Shown here: positions 20,762 through 31,047 of the stretch, one piece after another
Layout: each line of letters opens with the position of its first letter
Position numbering within the stretch: the stretch's first letter is position 1
Origin: an uncultured Lentisphaeraceae bacterium
Lineage (GTDB): Bacteria; Verrucomicrobiota; Kiritimatiellia; RFP12; DVOR01
DNA length: 64,000 nucleotides
NCBI GenBank assembly: GCA_949282555.1
Contig: CASDPK010000003.1
Span: 6,865-70,864, forward strand
Reading direction: 5' to 3'
Made by a program: the position numbers and the translations under genes
Notes under the pieces: model-generated
The model's input: the letters and a program-made list of their open reading frames with translations, nothing else
Databases searched by the model: none
Told to the model about the DNA's origin: nothing

Positions 20762-21385
20762 TCACGCCACCTTGCGGCGAAGCGCCAGCCCAGCCACTCC
20801 CAGCGCCAGCAACGCCAACGCCGTCGGCTCGGGAACAGTAACTACGCTTCCCTTATAGGCACCCGCAGCGATGATCATATCTTCGGCAGTAATGTCTGTT
20901 TCACTGGTAATAAAATTGAGGCCATTGACTGTTGAGTCCCCTGTTTTGATTACGTTGAACCACTCTTTTCCATCGATGTAAACCGTTACGGTTACATTTT
21001 GCGAACCCTCCGTTAACTTCTCGTATGTTATTGCTACTGTATGCTTCGCTCCTGAGATTGTCGTCTCATTGGCGATGTTATCCGTGTACTGACCTTTTGT
21101 TCCTAGCGCGTAAGTACCATCTTCTGCCCCAGCCTTGACATAAAGAATGGTATTTCCGCCGGACCACTGGGCTGCCTTAAAGATTGCCGCATAGGACTCT
21201 CCCGCAGTCGAGAAGTCCAAGTTGACAATCAACGAAGTTGTTCCAATACCCGTTCCTTGCCCCTGATTTGCCCAAATCGTTTTACTTTCATCGGGGGTTT
21301 CAGGATTATACGTCCAATCATAAGTAATCGCGCTGGCCACGCCGGCCACGCAAAGGGCCGCAAGGGCCATCATCAGTTTCTTCAT
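20762..21385 (-). CDS. PEP-CTERM sorting-domain protein (secreted, unknown function)
   Basis: Signal peptide MKKLMMALAALCVAGVASA. C-terminal VPEPTALALLALGVAGLALRRKVA has the PEP motif, a TM helix and a basic tail. RBS aggag with 9-nt spacer. Confidence 0.8.
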   Translation of the reverse strand: MKKLMMALAALCVAGVASAITYDWTYNPETPDESKTIWANQGQGTGIGTTSLIVNLDFSTAGESYAAIFKAAQWSGGNTILYVKAGAEDGTYALGTKGQYTDNIANETTISGAKHTVAITYEKLTEGSQNVTVTVYIDGKEWFNVIKTGDSTVNGLNFITSETDITAEDMIIAAGAYKGSVVTVPEPTALALLALGVAGLALRRKVA

Positions 21386-21488
21386 CTCCATCATCTCCTG
21401 TTCAAGCACGTTCCGTGCGGTTGAAACTTTCAAGGCGAGGGAACGGCCCTCAAAAGAACCCAAAAGCAACGTCACAATATCATACCTG

Positions 21489-21496
21489 CCCCCCCC
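21489..21496. repeat. C8 homopolymer in the AT-rich upstream region of the PEP-CTERM gene
   Basis: The cccccccc run is adjacent to TTGAC on the gene strand. Confidence 0.9.
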
Positions 21497-21740
21497 GTCA
21501 AGTTTAATTATATCTTATTGATGTATATGTTGATATTTTAACCAAAAGATCTGCCATTGGGCTCAAGAAAAGAAAGGGGCGAGCCGAGGGACTTTGGTCA
21601 CATGTGTTGCAAAGAGCCTTCGAGCTTTGTGTGTTCGTGCACGGAGTCTCTCGGCGTGGGATACAGGGCCCTTTATGATTGGATACGGAGCCTTTCGTTT
21701 CCTTGTATGGGCTGGCTCTTTCGGAATACAGTTTTCAACA

Positions 21741-21751
21741 GGGGGGGGGGG
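21741..21751. repeat. G11 homopolymer tract
   Basis: ggggggggggg lies immediately beyond the terminator of the giant gene. Confidence 0.9.
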
Positions 21752-21756
21752 CTCCA

Positions 21757-21786
21757 TGAAAACAAAGGCGGCCCGGGGGGGCCGCC
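21757..21786 (-). terminator. Intrinsic terminator of the giant secreted-protein gene
   Basis: GGCGGCCC-gggg-GGGCCGCC hairpin followed on the minus strand by TTTGTTTT. Confidence 0.75.
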
Positions 21787-21809
21787 TTTGCGGGAATGAT
21801 GGACACCCT

Positions 21810-24800
21810 CTATTTCTTCACGCGCACCTTGAGCGGGCGGGGCGCTTCCAGAAGTGTTGCCGTAGCCTCTTTCGAAACGGGGAGCTGGATTTCCGATGTC
21901 TCGGTTTCACCAATGGCAACTGTGGCCACGACCTCATCCTCGGCAAGCAATTCCACCGTTGAGCCGGCAACGAAGGTCGCCGTTTGGGCCCCTTCCGCAC
22001 CTTGCACCTTCGCCGTGACCGTGAGGACGCCCGCCTCACGATCATAGGCCATGTCGGCAATGCCGAAGTCGTAGGTCACGGTCAGGGTTGCCGCGCTCTC
22101 CGAGACGGTTGTCGTGAGGACGCCTCCAAAGCAGAGGAGTGCCGCGTCGATTTCTGCGGTCGTCAACGGACGCTTTGCCGTGGTGCCCGAGATCTCGGCC
22201 ACGGAGGCGGCACCTGCGGTGAAGGCTGCCGCAGCGAGTTGCCGTTGGGCGGTTTCCGAAAGTCCCTCGAAGGTTGCTTGGGCTCCCTCAGCAAGGGTCA
22301 GGAATTCATAGTAGAGGCCATCGGCCTTTGCCACGAGTCGCGCCGTGGGGGCTGTGGGCGTTGCCTCGGCGGCCTCGAACGTGACCCCTTCGGGGGCAGA
22401 TGCCCAAGCCAGCAGACGCCGCGTGGAGGTGACATCTTGTGGGAGGGTCACGGCGATGGCTCCGGCTGCCGTCAATGTGCCATTGAGCGTGAGGCAGGCT
22501 TCTGCCGTGGCTTCGGAGGCGTCCAGCGAGGCCCCTTCCGCCAAGTGCAGGGCACACGCCGTTGCGGCTTCTTCCACGATGGGGCCGGTGATGGTGCCCA
22601 ATCCGGAGAGCGCGCCGTACACATTCAACGTTGTATTCGCCGCGATTGTCAGCGTCGCATCGGCGGCAATGGACACGGGGCCGCGACCAAGTGCATTGGC
22701 CGAAGCGATTGCGAGGTTGGCACGGATATCTGTGCCTCCGGTGTAATCGTTGTTCCCGGAGATCGTTAGGTTTTTGGTGGTATCCACAAGCACATGGATA
22801 TCGCCTGTGATCGTTCCTGGAATCGTCCATGGGTTATCGTTTGACCGTGTAAGGCGGAGATAAGCCTTGGAATTTCCCTCCGAAGGGGAGATGGTGCCAT
22901 TGATTCTCAGGTAAGAGCCTCCATAGGAACCTGCCAAAATCGCGGGTTTCTCGGGCGAGGTACTACGCAGACGGATAGCCGGAGCAAAGTTCCCATAATC
23001 CGGCCCTGCATAGGCTCCGTTGGTGAACCTCAACGTGGCGCCACCTTCCAAAACGAAAACGCTGTTCGGATTGGAGAGCTTCACTTGGTGGGAAGAGGCT
23101 CCGTTACCGATGTCCACAATCGCCCCATCGGCCACTTCCATGAAATAGGCCTTGTCATAGGCGATTGTGTCGCTTCCTGATTTCCAGAAGCTGACGGTGC
23201 CTTCTTCGATTCGGAAGGAGACGCCGTCAGGTTCGGCATCGGGAACGATCGACAGTGTCCCCGTCCCGGTCTTCACATAGGTTCCTGCCCCGGAAATCGT
23301 TGGAAGGGTTCCGTTCTGCGTTTGCTCCAGCGTCAATATGGCTTGCGGTTCAAGGGTGGCCGAGGTGAACGAAAGGGTGGATGTCGAAGCCACGAGTCGC
23401 CCGGCAAGCGAAAATTCGTTGACGGAGAGCTGCCCTCCGGAGAGCGTCAGTGTATGTTCTGATTCCATGACCGCAAAGCGATCGCTGTTGTACCCTTCCG
23501 ATGGGATATTGACCGTGATATCCTTTTGTGCGGTCGCGGTGAAATCCGTTGTCCCCGTAAAGCTCTGCCACTCCTCTGACATCGGCGTGACATTGTTCAT
23601 ATCCTTCCACCCGGCGGCGAACCAGTCCGTTGTCGCGTCTTGCGAAAGTTCCGTTGAAAACCGACGGCGAAGCCGATAACAACCGTCTCTCCAAACAAGT
23701 TCGTATCCGGTCTCGGTCCTTGTCCACTGAAGCGTCAAGGCATCCGTTTCGGGCGTCCACAATACAGGGAAGTCCAATGCATTCTGCCACTGTTCTGCAT
23801 CTTCGGGGAGTACGACCTTGACTGTTCCGGAGACGGGGCCAGAGAGTGTAAGTGCGCCATTCGGAGAGGCCAACAACGTACTGCCTTCCTCAAAGGTGAC
23901 ACTTCCTTCCAAGCGACCGATGCCTCCAATCGCGCCGGCCACGGAAATGGGATCGAGGGAGGAGATGGTGGCTTGAGCCGCGACTCCAAATGAAGTCTCA
24001 ACCCAAGCGTTTGGCGTCCATGCGTTGACTTCACTTGTGGCATAAGAACGCTTATCCACGGTTTTCCAGTTTACGCCATCGTCACTTACGGCCAATTCCC
24101 AAGAGGTGGGGTTACGCCCATTCTGGTCGGCCATGGCGAGGCGGTAGGCATCGAAGGTAAATGTGTTGCCTTCGCCGGCATCGAGCGTCAACGAGCAATT
24201 GTCAAAGGCCGTACGGCCTGTTACCCAATACCATTTGGTGCCCAAATCGCCGTCGATGAGATGGTCATCCTTATGGCTGCCGTTTTCTGCGGCCTGGGTT
24301 GCCGTGACGGTGGCGCCATTCCAATCCACTTCTTGCTCGGCCAACATTAGCTTCATTTCAGCCAAAGCGATGCCGTCACAATAATTTCCCGATGTCGCAC
24401 GTGTTAGCAACTGAAGACGGATGTATCGGCCTTTCGCAGTCCCCGCAGACAACATCAAGGTCGCATCCTTATTGATCGTCAGTTGGTCCGCAGAGAGCGT
24501 ACAATCCCCTGCAAGCGTGTAGTTGCCCGAAACGGTCATTGTTCCGACGCGGATATCGTTTGTGAAGGTAACCTTTTCTTGTGCAGGGTTGGCCCCGAAG
24601 GCCACGTCGTCTCCGGCTTGGAATCCTGGGAATCCATCTTCCCATGCGGTGCCGCTTCCGGGAGTTGCCCATGTGAGCGTTTGCTTTTCCGGTGCATAAC
24701 ACAAGAGGCCTGACACAACGGAGAGTGACCATGTTTCGCCTTCAGAAAGCCCCGAGGCGGCAATTGTCAGCCCCTCTGGGACGGATTCCACTCGCCCGAG

Positions 24801-26765
24801 AACCACACGACGGGTGTCAATTTCCTCTTCCGTCACGGCGATTGTCAGCGTCCGTTCGCCTTCCATTGTGAAGGTCGCGTTCGGGAGGCGGTTGGCGCCA
24901 AGGTTCAGGTTGCTTTTCAACGTCAACGCCCCGAAGTCTCTCGAAACGGTCGCTCGGGAGAGGTCAATCCCGGTTTCTCCGCCATCGATGATCAGCTCGG
25001 ATGAGCCGACGGGTGCATTTTCCGCCGAGACTTCCAAGCTCCCCTCGAAAACACCACCCTTTAACGTCAACGACGCTTTGCCCAGAACACCGCCATTAGC
25101 ACCGTAACCACCCGCGCACACACGGTTAGCATAGGTTCCGCCATTCAGCGTCACGGACGTGTCGCCGGAAACGGTGGCCGTGGAGGTGTTGGAAACGTTG
25201 CCGCCATAAATGGGCTGGGAGAAAGTTACGGTGTCGGGCGCCGAAATCGAAACGGATGTATTTCCTGTGATGGCATAAGAAGCGGTCGAGGCGTACGAAC
25301 CTCCGGCGATTTCTTTGACGAACGTTCCCTTCGCTTCGCTTGGAAGGATGACCTCCACCGCAGTGTTTCCGGTTTGCTTTGCCCCAGAGCCTGTATTGCC
25401 CATGTACGCAGACCCACCGAGAATCCGATTACCGACGCCGGCGGCAGCATTCTTGTTTGTTGACTGCAATGCTAGCACGCGCACGTGTGTGTTTCCCGTG
25501 ATGACAGGGGTCAGGTTGTGAGTGGAGAGGGTCCCGCCCACTAAACCTCCGTTAACCGTTCCCTTGACCGTCAACAAGATGTTTCCATTCACGGCACCTT
25601 CGTTGATGAGCCCACCTTTGTAGACGCCTCCAATGAGATTGTTGGCGGTTGCATTTGCGCCAAGCTCAACGGCGATATCCCCTCGCAGAGGCGTGGCATG
25701 ATTGCTGCTTGTCCAGTTGTTCTCTGAGCCTCCGACGATGACATCATGATTTCCGCCGGAGACCATCAGCCATACATCGCGTTCAAGTGGGGTGTCTTTG
25801 TTCCCGTGATTGGCATCATTGACACCGAAAATCTGATGTGCCGTGCCGTCATCGCCTGTGATTTCGGCGACATTCGTTGCTCTGCCACCAAGCGTCTGAC
25901 GGAATACGGCATCCTACTCCAAAGCCAAGTTTTCGGTGAGGGAGCGTTGCACAGCTTGCGTGGGCACCGGTTTCGTTGTCCATCCTTCGGGGACCTCGAA
26001 AGAAACGGGGACGGGCGTAAAACGGGGCGGAGCCATTTCCTCCGCGACCTCTTTGATCTCGTCCGGCGTCAATGCACGCTTCCATACGCCGAGCGCATCG
26101 ATAGCACCACTTCCATGATTTTCTCCGGCGCAATTGTTACCATAACGCGAGCGCCATTGAAATTTGGAGGCAATGACTGCACCAGAGGGCTTTACGGGGT
26201 CTCCAATGGCCTCGCCATCCACGTAAAGCGTCAAGCCGTCATTATTTTGTACCAGCGCGTAGTGGTGATAGGCGACATCGGAACCATCCTTTGACACAGA
26301 GAGGAGGCACTCATTGTTCTGCCCCGTGCAGACGGCCAGCGAACCAGGAGTCTCATCTCGACGGAAAGAAAGGCCCCCGCCTTTGGTCGGGCCAAAAGCA
26401 AAGAGGAGCCCGTTCGCGGAAGTGCCAGTCTGTGCGGTAAAGGCAATCGTGAATGCCTCGTCCTCCACGGAAAGTACGGTTTGTTGATCCCCAGTCCACG
26501 CGTTGTAGGAGGCAAGATTTAATGCCCGATGAGCACCTGAGACGGTAATAAACGAAGGATCGCCCCCGGTGTTCGTGTTCCAAGCGCCAGGATTTTCCTC
26601 TGGAAGCTCGGCGGCGATTCCCTTTTCTGGATCTTCAAAGGTGCTGTAGTAAGACAGATCTGTGAGGAGGTCTCCCGTCAACTCCGCGGAGGTGATGCCG
26701 GGAATGCCCATGGCAATCAGTATGGCCACCCACAGGTGGGGGCGAGGTAGGCTACATTTTCTCAT
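21810..26765 (-). pseudogene. ~1650-aa secreted LamG / beta-helix / F5-8 type C (discoidin) protein interrupted by a single in-frame TAG at 25914-25916
   Basis: ORF 25914..26837 has a signal peptide (MRKCSLPRPHLWVAILIAMGIPGITSA) and a ConA/LamG-like domain. ORF 21810..25766 has Gly/Asn-rich beta-helix repeats, a discoidin signature and Ig-like repeats. The two ORFs are in the same frame. They are separated only by the TAG and 49 stop-free codons whose translation continues the repeat pattern. Confidence 0.6.
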
Positions 26766-26989
26766 CAGACGATTCCTTTCCGTTGAGATGAACGTGTGGT
26801 GGAAACCCACAAACAAACGTTTCTTGGATGATATCACATTGTTTTATGTCTGTCTCGCATTCGGTGAGAAGAGAACAAAAATCCCACATGAGCCCATGCG
26901 GGGAAGGAGACATGAGGGATCGCTTAGGAGAAAAGGTTTTGGAGGATTATTGGCGCATGCTCAATGGGGTTCAAAAGGAAAGACACCTC

Positions 26990-27208
26990 TTAGTTGCGTG
27001 TGGGCGCAAGGAGGTCGTCCACCGTTCGGAAATCCGAGCAGGAGGCCCCGGGGAGGATTTTGTTGAAACGGAAACGCAAGAGCGCCAGATAGGCGAGCAG
27101 GGCCATGGAGTCCCACGTGAGCGTGTCGAGCGGCGTTTCGGGGGTGAGGGTTCCGGGCGCGGCGTTGAGAATGTCGGCCAGTTCGTCGAGAAGATCCTGT
27201 TCGTTCAT
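26990..27208 (-). CDS. Acyl carrier protein
   Basis: 72 aa with a phosphopantetheine-attachment-like DSMAL motif. RBS ggag lies upstream. Confidence 0.7.
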   Translation of the reverse strand: MNEQDLLDELADILNAAPGTLTPETPLDTLTWDSMALLAYLALLRFRFNKILPGASCSDFRTVDDLLAPTRN

Positions 27209-27211
27209 GGG

Positions 27212-28177
27212 TCACTCCGGGAGGATAAGGGGAGGGAGACAGACGTCGAAATCCAACACCGTCCGGGCGGTCAACCACGTGAGCCCCACACCGAAGGCCG
27301 AGAGAAGGGCATCTTGGCGGCCATGGACGCCTTCGGCCACGAGGTCGCACAGAAGCAATGGCAGGCTGGCGCAAGAGGTATTCCCCCTTCGGGCAATACG
27401 GCAGGGCGTCCGCTCAGACGGGAAGCGGCACATCCGGGCGATTTGGCGCACAATGAAGGCGTTGGCCTGATGCAACAACAGCAGATCGGGTGCGCCTGAA
27501 GTCGCCTCCAGTACGCGGAGTATCTGCTCGGGGACGCGCGTGACCGTGAAGTTGAAGACATCGGTCCCCGCCATGTGGAAATGGCCGCCGTGCGGGAGGG
27601 TGATGGCCTCGGAGGCCTCGCAAGCCGAGGCAATGGCCCACGATGCCTCGCCCTTCCCAAGCACCGCCGCAAAACCCGCATCGCCAAACAGCATCGCGGA
27701 AGTATGATCGTTCGGATCCACCAGCCGTGAAAGCGTGTCGCCGCCAAGGAGCAGGACATTGCGGACCTCGGGGGATTGCAGAAAGTGCGCAGCCGTCAGA
27801 ATGCCGGCAAGGAACCCCGCGCATCCTTGATTGAGGTCCAACGCAAACACGTGGCTCCCGAGTCCAAGGCGTCCTTGCAAGAGGGAGGCGGTGGCAGGGG
27901 CGACGGCATCGGGCGTTTGCGTGACGAAGAGCAGAACGTCGATGGCGTCCGCTTCCAGACGGCCTGTGTCAAGGAGCTGGCGGGCCGCCGCTTCGGCGAG
28001 GTCGGAAGCGCGTTGGCTTGGGTTCGCCGCGTGGAAACACTCCACGCCAACGACCTGCCGGAACCGGGCCACCGTTTCGGCTCCAAAACGGTCTGCGAAG
28101 GCTTCCACCTTCACCACGCGCCCCGGCAACGCACAGGCAAGCGCCTTCAAGCGAACGTTTCCGAAGGTTTCAAGCAC
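27212..28177 (-). CDS. 3-oxoacyl-ACP synthase III (FabH-like KAS III), GTG start
   Basis: Active-site Cys (NQGCAGF), HQAN His and a GFGVGLTW Asn region. RBS GGAGG lies 6 nt before GTG 28177. Confidence 0.75.
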   Translation of the reverse strand: MLETFGNVRLKALACALPGRVVKVEAFADRFGAETVARFRQVVGVECFHAANPSQRASDLAEAAARQLLDTGRLEADAIDVLLFVTQTPDAVAPATASLLQGRLGLGSHVFALDLNQGCAGFLAGILTAAHFLQSPEVRNVLLLGGDTLSRLVDPNDHTSAMLFGDAGFAAVLGKGEASWAIASACEASEAITLPHGGHFHMAGTDVFNFTVTRVPEQILRVLEATSGAPDLLLLHQANAFIVRQIARMCRFPSERTPCRIARRGNTSCASLPLLLCDLVAEGVHGRQDALLSAFGVGLTWLTARTVLDFDVCLPPLILPE

Positions 28178-28397
28178 GGTGAGCCTCCACGGCGGACAAC
28201 ATATCCCCCACGGTACGCATGGAGACCATTTCGGCAGAGGTGAACGCCACTCCGAGTCGCCGCTCCACCGCCAGCAACAAGGCCAAATGCGCCACGGAGT
28301 CCCACCCCGGCAGTGCGGCAAAGGCCGTGTCGGCATGGAAGGGCGGCATGGGCTGCCCGAGCGTTTCGGAAAAGAGATCCCGCAAGGTTTCCAACAT
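28170..28397 (-). CDS. Acyl carrier protein (second copy)
   Basis: 75 aa with GWDSVAHL phosphopantetheine site. RBS aggag lies upstream of ATG 28397. Confidence 0.7.
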   Translation of the reverse strand: MLETLRDLFSETLGQPMPPFHADTAFAALPGWDSVAHLALLLAVERRLGVAFTSAEMVSMRTVGDMLSAVEAHRA

Positions 28398-28405
28398 GGC
28401 GACTC

Positions 28406-29893
28406 CTAGGGCTTCGACGGTTCGCGCAACGGCACACCGTGGGTGGCGTAGACGTCCCGGCAACGCGCGTTGCGGTCGGTGGGGAGATACGCCCCGCAAA
28501 GGTTGGGCTCTTGCGCCTTGAGATGGTTGAGGATAAGCGCTTCCACGCCGCGATTCAAGGCCCGGCAACTGATGACCCACGTTTCGATGAAGGCGCCGTC
28601 GAGCACCACCGCACTCACGATCCCGAGGTCCCCGAAGCGATCCCTCAGACGGTACACCCAGCCTCGCTTCCCGGCCAATTCGGCCTCCGTGTGCCGTGTG
28701 CCGCGCATGTTGAACTGGTTGCACCGTTGCGTGAGTTGGGCGGCGCGGGCCGCATTGGCAGGGCCGAGCGGCTCCGGAAGCAACTCCTGATCCAATGAGG
28801 CCAAATAATCCTCACGGGAGGGGGCGGATTGCTCGGCACGCTCGCGGGCATGATCCGCACGCAAAGAGTGGGCGCGTAAGGCGTCGTCCGCCGTGATCTG
28901 TGCGGTCTCAAAGAGATTGAGCCGAGCCAGAAACTCGGGCCACAAGGCCGGATCGGCGGGGAGCTCGGGCACGGCGACCTCGGGAAGGGCGGCACGCACT
29001 TCGGCCCGTTGCTCGGGGCGGTCGTCCACGAAGACAAGGGCGTCCGTCCCCACGTGCAGGTGCGCGGCGATGCGGCGGAGCATGGCGGATTTCGGCCCCC
29101 AATCGGCCTCGAACGCAAGAAAATCCTCGGGAACCATCTCCATCGCCGGATGGCGGAAGGCGGCGTGTGCCGGCTCCCAGTCGTTGCGTGAGGCCACGGC
29201 CAAGAGGATGCCTCTGGCGGCCAAGGCGCGGAGCCACGCGCGATAGGCTTGGCGGCCGGGGGCTTCGGGGGCGATGCCGTCGGGGCCGACCTCGCTGACG
29301 ATGCCATCCCACAGGGTGCCATCCAAATCGGTGACGAGGACTTTGCGCAGACGCCCGAAGGCCGCGCAAAGCGTATCGGCTGTGCGGCGGGCGACTTCCG
29401 GAAGCGCGGCGGGGGCCAATGCGCAGGCGGCGACTTCCCACAAGCGCGGATCGAAGGTTGCCCCACGGCCAAGAAGGCTCTGCACGAGGTCGAGATCCAC
29501 GAGCGAGAGGTTCGCGTGCGTTCGCGCCAACGACTGGAGACGTGTGTTCCAATCGAGAATCCGTGCCCGGAGGGAGGGCGTATAGGTGAGCGCGAGACTG
29601 CCGCAGGTGCCGTCGTCGCGCGTGACCATGTCATAGACGAGAAAGCGGTAAGGCAAGGCCAAGATGGGCTCAAGCTCCGGGAACCGTTCAGCCTCGGCAC
29701 AACACCACACCACCACGGCGTCGGGACGGAACGTTTCCAGTTCGTCTTGCACGGCCAGCGGCGACGTGAAGGCCCAGCACCGGATGTCGGGGCGATACCC
29801 ACGGGTTTGGAGCTCGCCCTCAAGCGCCCGTGCGAGCGGTTGCGGCGCACTGTCGGCAAAGAACGCCACGCGCAGTGTGGGCGATTCCGTCAT
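28406..29893 (-). CDS. FkbH-like HAD-superfamily IIIC phosphatase-domain protein with C-terminal GNAT-like acyltransferase region
   Basis: HAD motif I VLVTDLDGTLWDG. Architecture matches the FkbH-like family (N-terminal SGNH-like part, HAD core, C-terminal acyltransferase-like part). Confidence 0.7.
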   Translation of the reverse strand: MTESPTLRVAFFADSAPQPLARALEGELQTRGYRPDIRCWAFTSPLAVQDELETFRPDAVVVWCCAEAERFPELEPILALPYRFLVYDMVTRDDGTCGSLALTYTPSLRARILDWNTRLQSLARTHANLSLVDLDLVQSLLGRGATFDPRLWEVAACALAPAALPEVARRTADTLCAAFGRLRKVLVTDLDGTLWDGIVSEVGPDGIAPEAPGRQAYRAWLRALAARGILLAVASRNDWEPAHAAFRHPAMEMVPEDFLAFEADWGPKSAMLRRIAAHLHVGTDALVFVDDRPEQRAEVRAALPEVAVPELPADPALWPEFLARLNLFETAQITADDALRAHSLRADHARERAEQSAPSREDYLASLDQELLPEPLGPANAARAAQLTQRCNQFNMRGTRHTEAELAGKRGWVYRLRDRFGDLGIVSAVVLDGAFIETWVISCRALNRGVEALILNHLKAQEPNLCGAYLPTDRNARCRDVYATHGVPLREPSKP

Positions 29894-31035
29894 GGGCGCG
29901 ACTCCGAGAGGGCAAAGGTGTAGCAGGCCCGGAACTCGGCGGCGACCGCCGAGAAGGTGCGGTCGCGCTCCAGCGCCTCAAGGGCGGCAAGCGCATGGTC
30001 GGCGCAGAGCAAGGGGGTCAAAAGGTGACGGCGAACCGCGGCGGTGATCGCCTGCGCATTGGGAGGCACAAGGCAGGCGTTCGCGTCGTTCAGCAACGTT
30101 TCGTAGGCCGGGCAACGGATCACCAAAAGGGGGCGGCAGGCGGCGATGACGTCGAGCAGTCGCGCGGGCGGCAGGATGCCGTGCGCGAGGGGGAGAAAGA
30201 CGAGGTCGGCATCGGCCACGCAGGCGCCAAGCTCTTCCGCATCGCACGGTTCGGGCCGAATCTCCACCGCCGAAGCGTCGGGGAGGTGGCGGGCCAGCGC
30301 CGCACGGATGCGCTCCCCGGCGGCGGGCGCCCCACACGCGATGCGGACACGGAAGTTGGCGTGGGTGAGGAGATCGGGGAGCGCGTCGCACAACGCGGCG
30401 AGCCCCTCCACCCCGGTCTCCGACATGAACGCCGTAAGCCGGAAGGGCTGGGCGGCGCCGTGCAAACGGGGCGGCGGTGGCGGCCGGCGGACAATGGCCG
30501 GATCGGGCAGGGCCGGCACGGTGGCGATGCGCCCATAGAGGCCCGTCTCGCGGAGGCGGGCGAAGGGGTAGGGCACATCGGAGAGCACAAGGCTCACCGC
30601 GCGCAGAAAACGTTTGGGGCGGCGGCGGAGCCACCGCACAAGGTCGTGCCCGGAGGCGGTGTGCCATTCAAAGATGAAGCGCGCACCGAACACCCACGCC
30701 ACCAATCCTCCGACCCGGACGGAACGGTCGGCGCAGTGCACGGCGTCATATCGGCGGTGGATGAAGAGCCGCAATGCCGCCAACGTCAGCGCCAGCGTGG
30801 CCCACCGGCGGCGAAGGCCGGAGCCGTAAGGCGGAAGCGTTCGCGCGAAGGGAACGCGGGCCGTGTGGTAAAGGTGGCGCACTAGGCCCTGAGGCCACGG
30901 ATCGCCCCCCGGGAAGGTGAGCAGGTCGGCCTCAAGGCCCGCGGCCCGGATCAAGGAGAGCATTTGGACGGCCGCCCGTCCGTGCGGGGAACCCGCACGG
31001 TAGACCTGGGCGTAAAGATAGAGCACTCTCCCCAT
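29890..31035 (-). CDS. GT4-family (GT-B fold) glycosyltransferase
   Basis: C-terminal EX7E-like region, otherwise an Ala/Arg-rich GT-B protein. Stop overlaps the FkbH-like start. Confidence 0.6.
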   Translation of the reverse strand: MGRVLYLYAQVYRAGSPHGRAAVQMLSLIRAAGLEADLLTFPGGDPWPQGLVRHLYHTARVPFARTLPPYGSGLRRRWATLALTLAALRLFIHRRYDAVHCADRSVRVGGLVAWVFGARFIFEWHTASGHDLVRWLRRRPKRFLRAVSLVLSDVPYPFARLRETGLYGRIATVPALPDPAIVRRPPPPPRLHGAAQPFRLTAFMSETGVEGLAALCDALPDLLTHANFRVRIACGAPAAGERIRAALARHLPDASAVEIRPEPCDAEELGACVADADLVFLPLAHGILPPARLLDVIAACRPLLVIRCPAYETLLNDANACLVPPNAQAITAAVRRHLLTPLLCADHALAALEALERDRTFSAVAAEFRACYTFALSESRP

Positions 31036-31047
31036 CGCGTGGGCCCC

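Noticed and set aside
21984-22769. Several 100-260-aa plus-strand ORFs inside 21800-26800
   Set aside because: They are antisense to the giant LamG/beta-helix gene. The minus-strand frame has coherent domain architecture and the plus-strand frames do not.
25767-25913. Interpretation of 25767-25913 as an intergenic spacer with the giant gene starting at ATG 25766
   Set aside because: The 147 nt are stop-free and in frame with both flanks. They translate to repeat-consistent sequence, and the ATG at 25766 has no SD or signal peptide. A single interrupted gene is more parsimonious. This is kept as a finding rather than as two clean genes.
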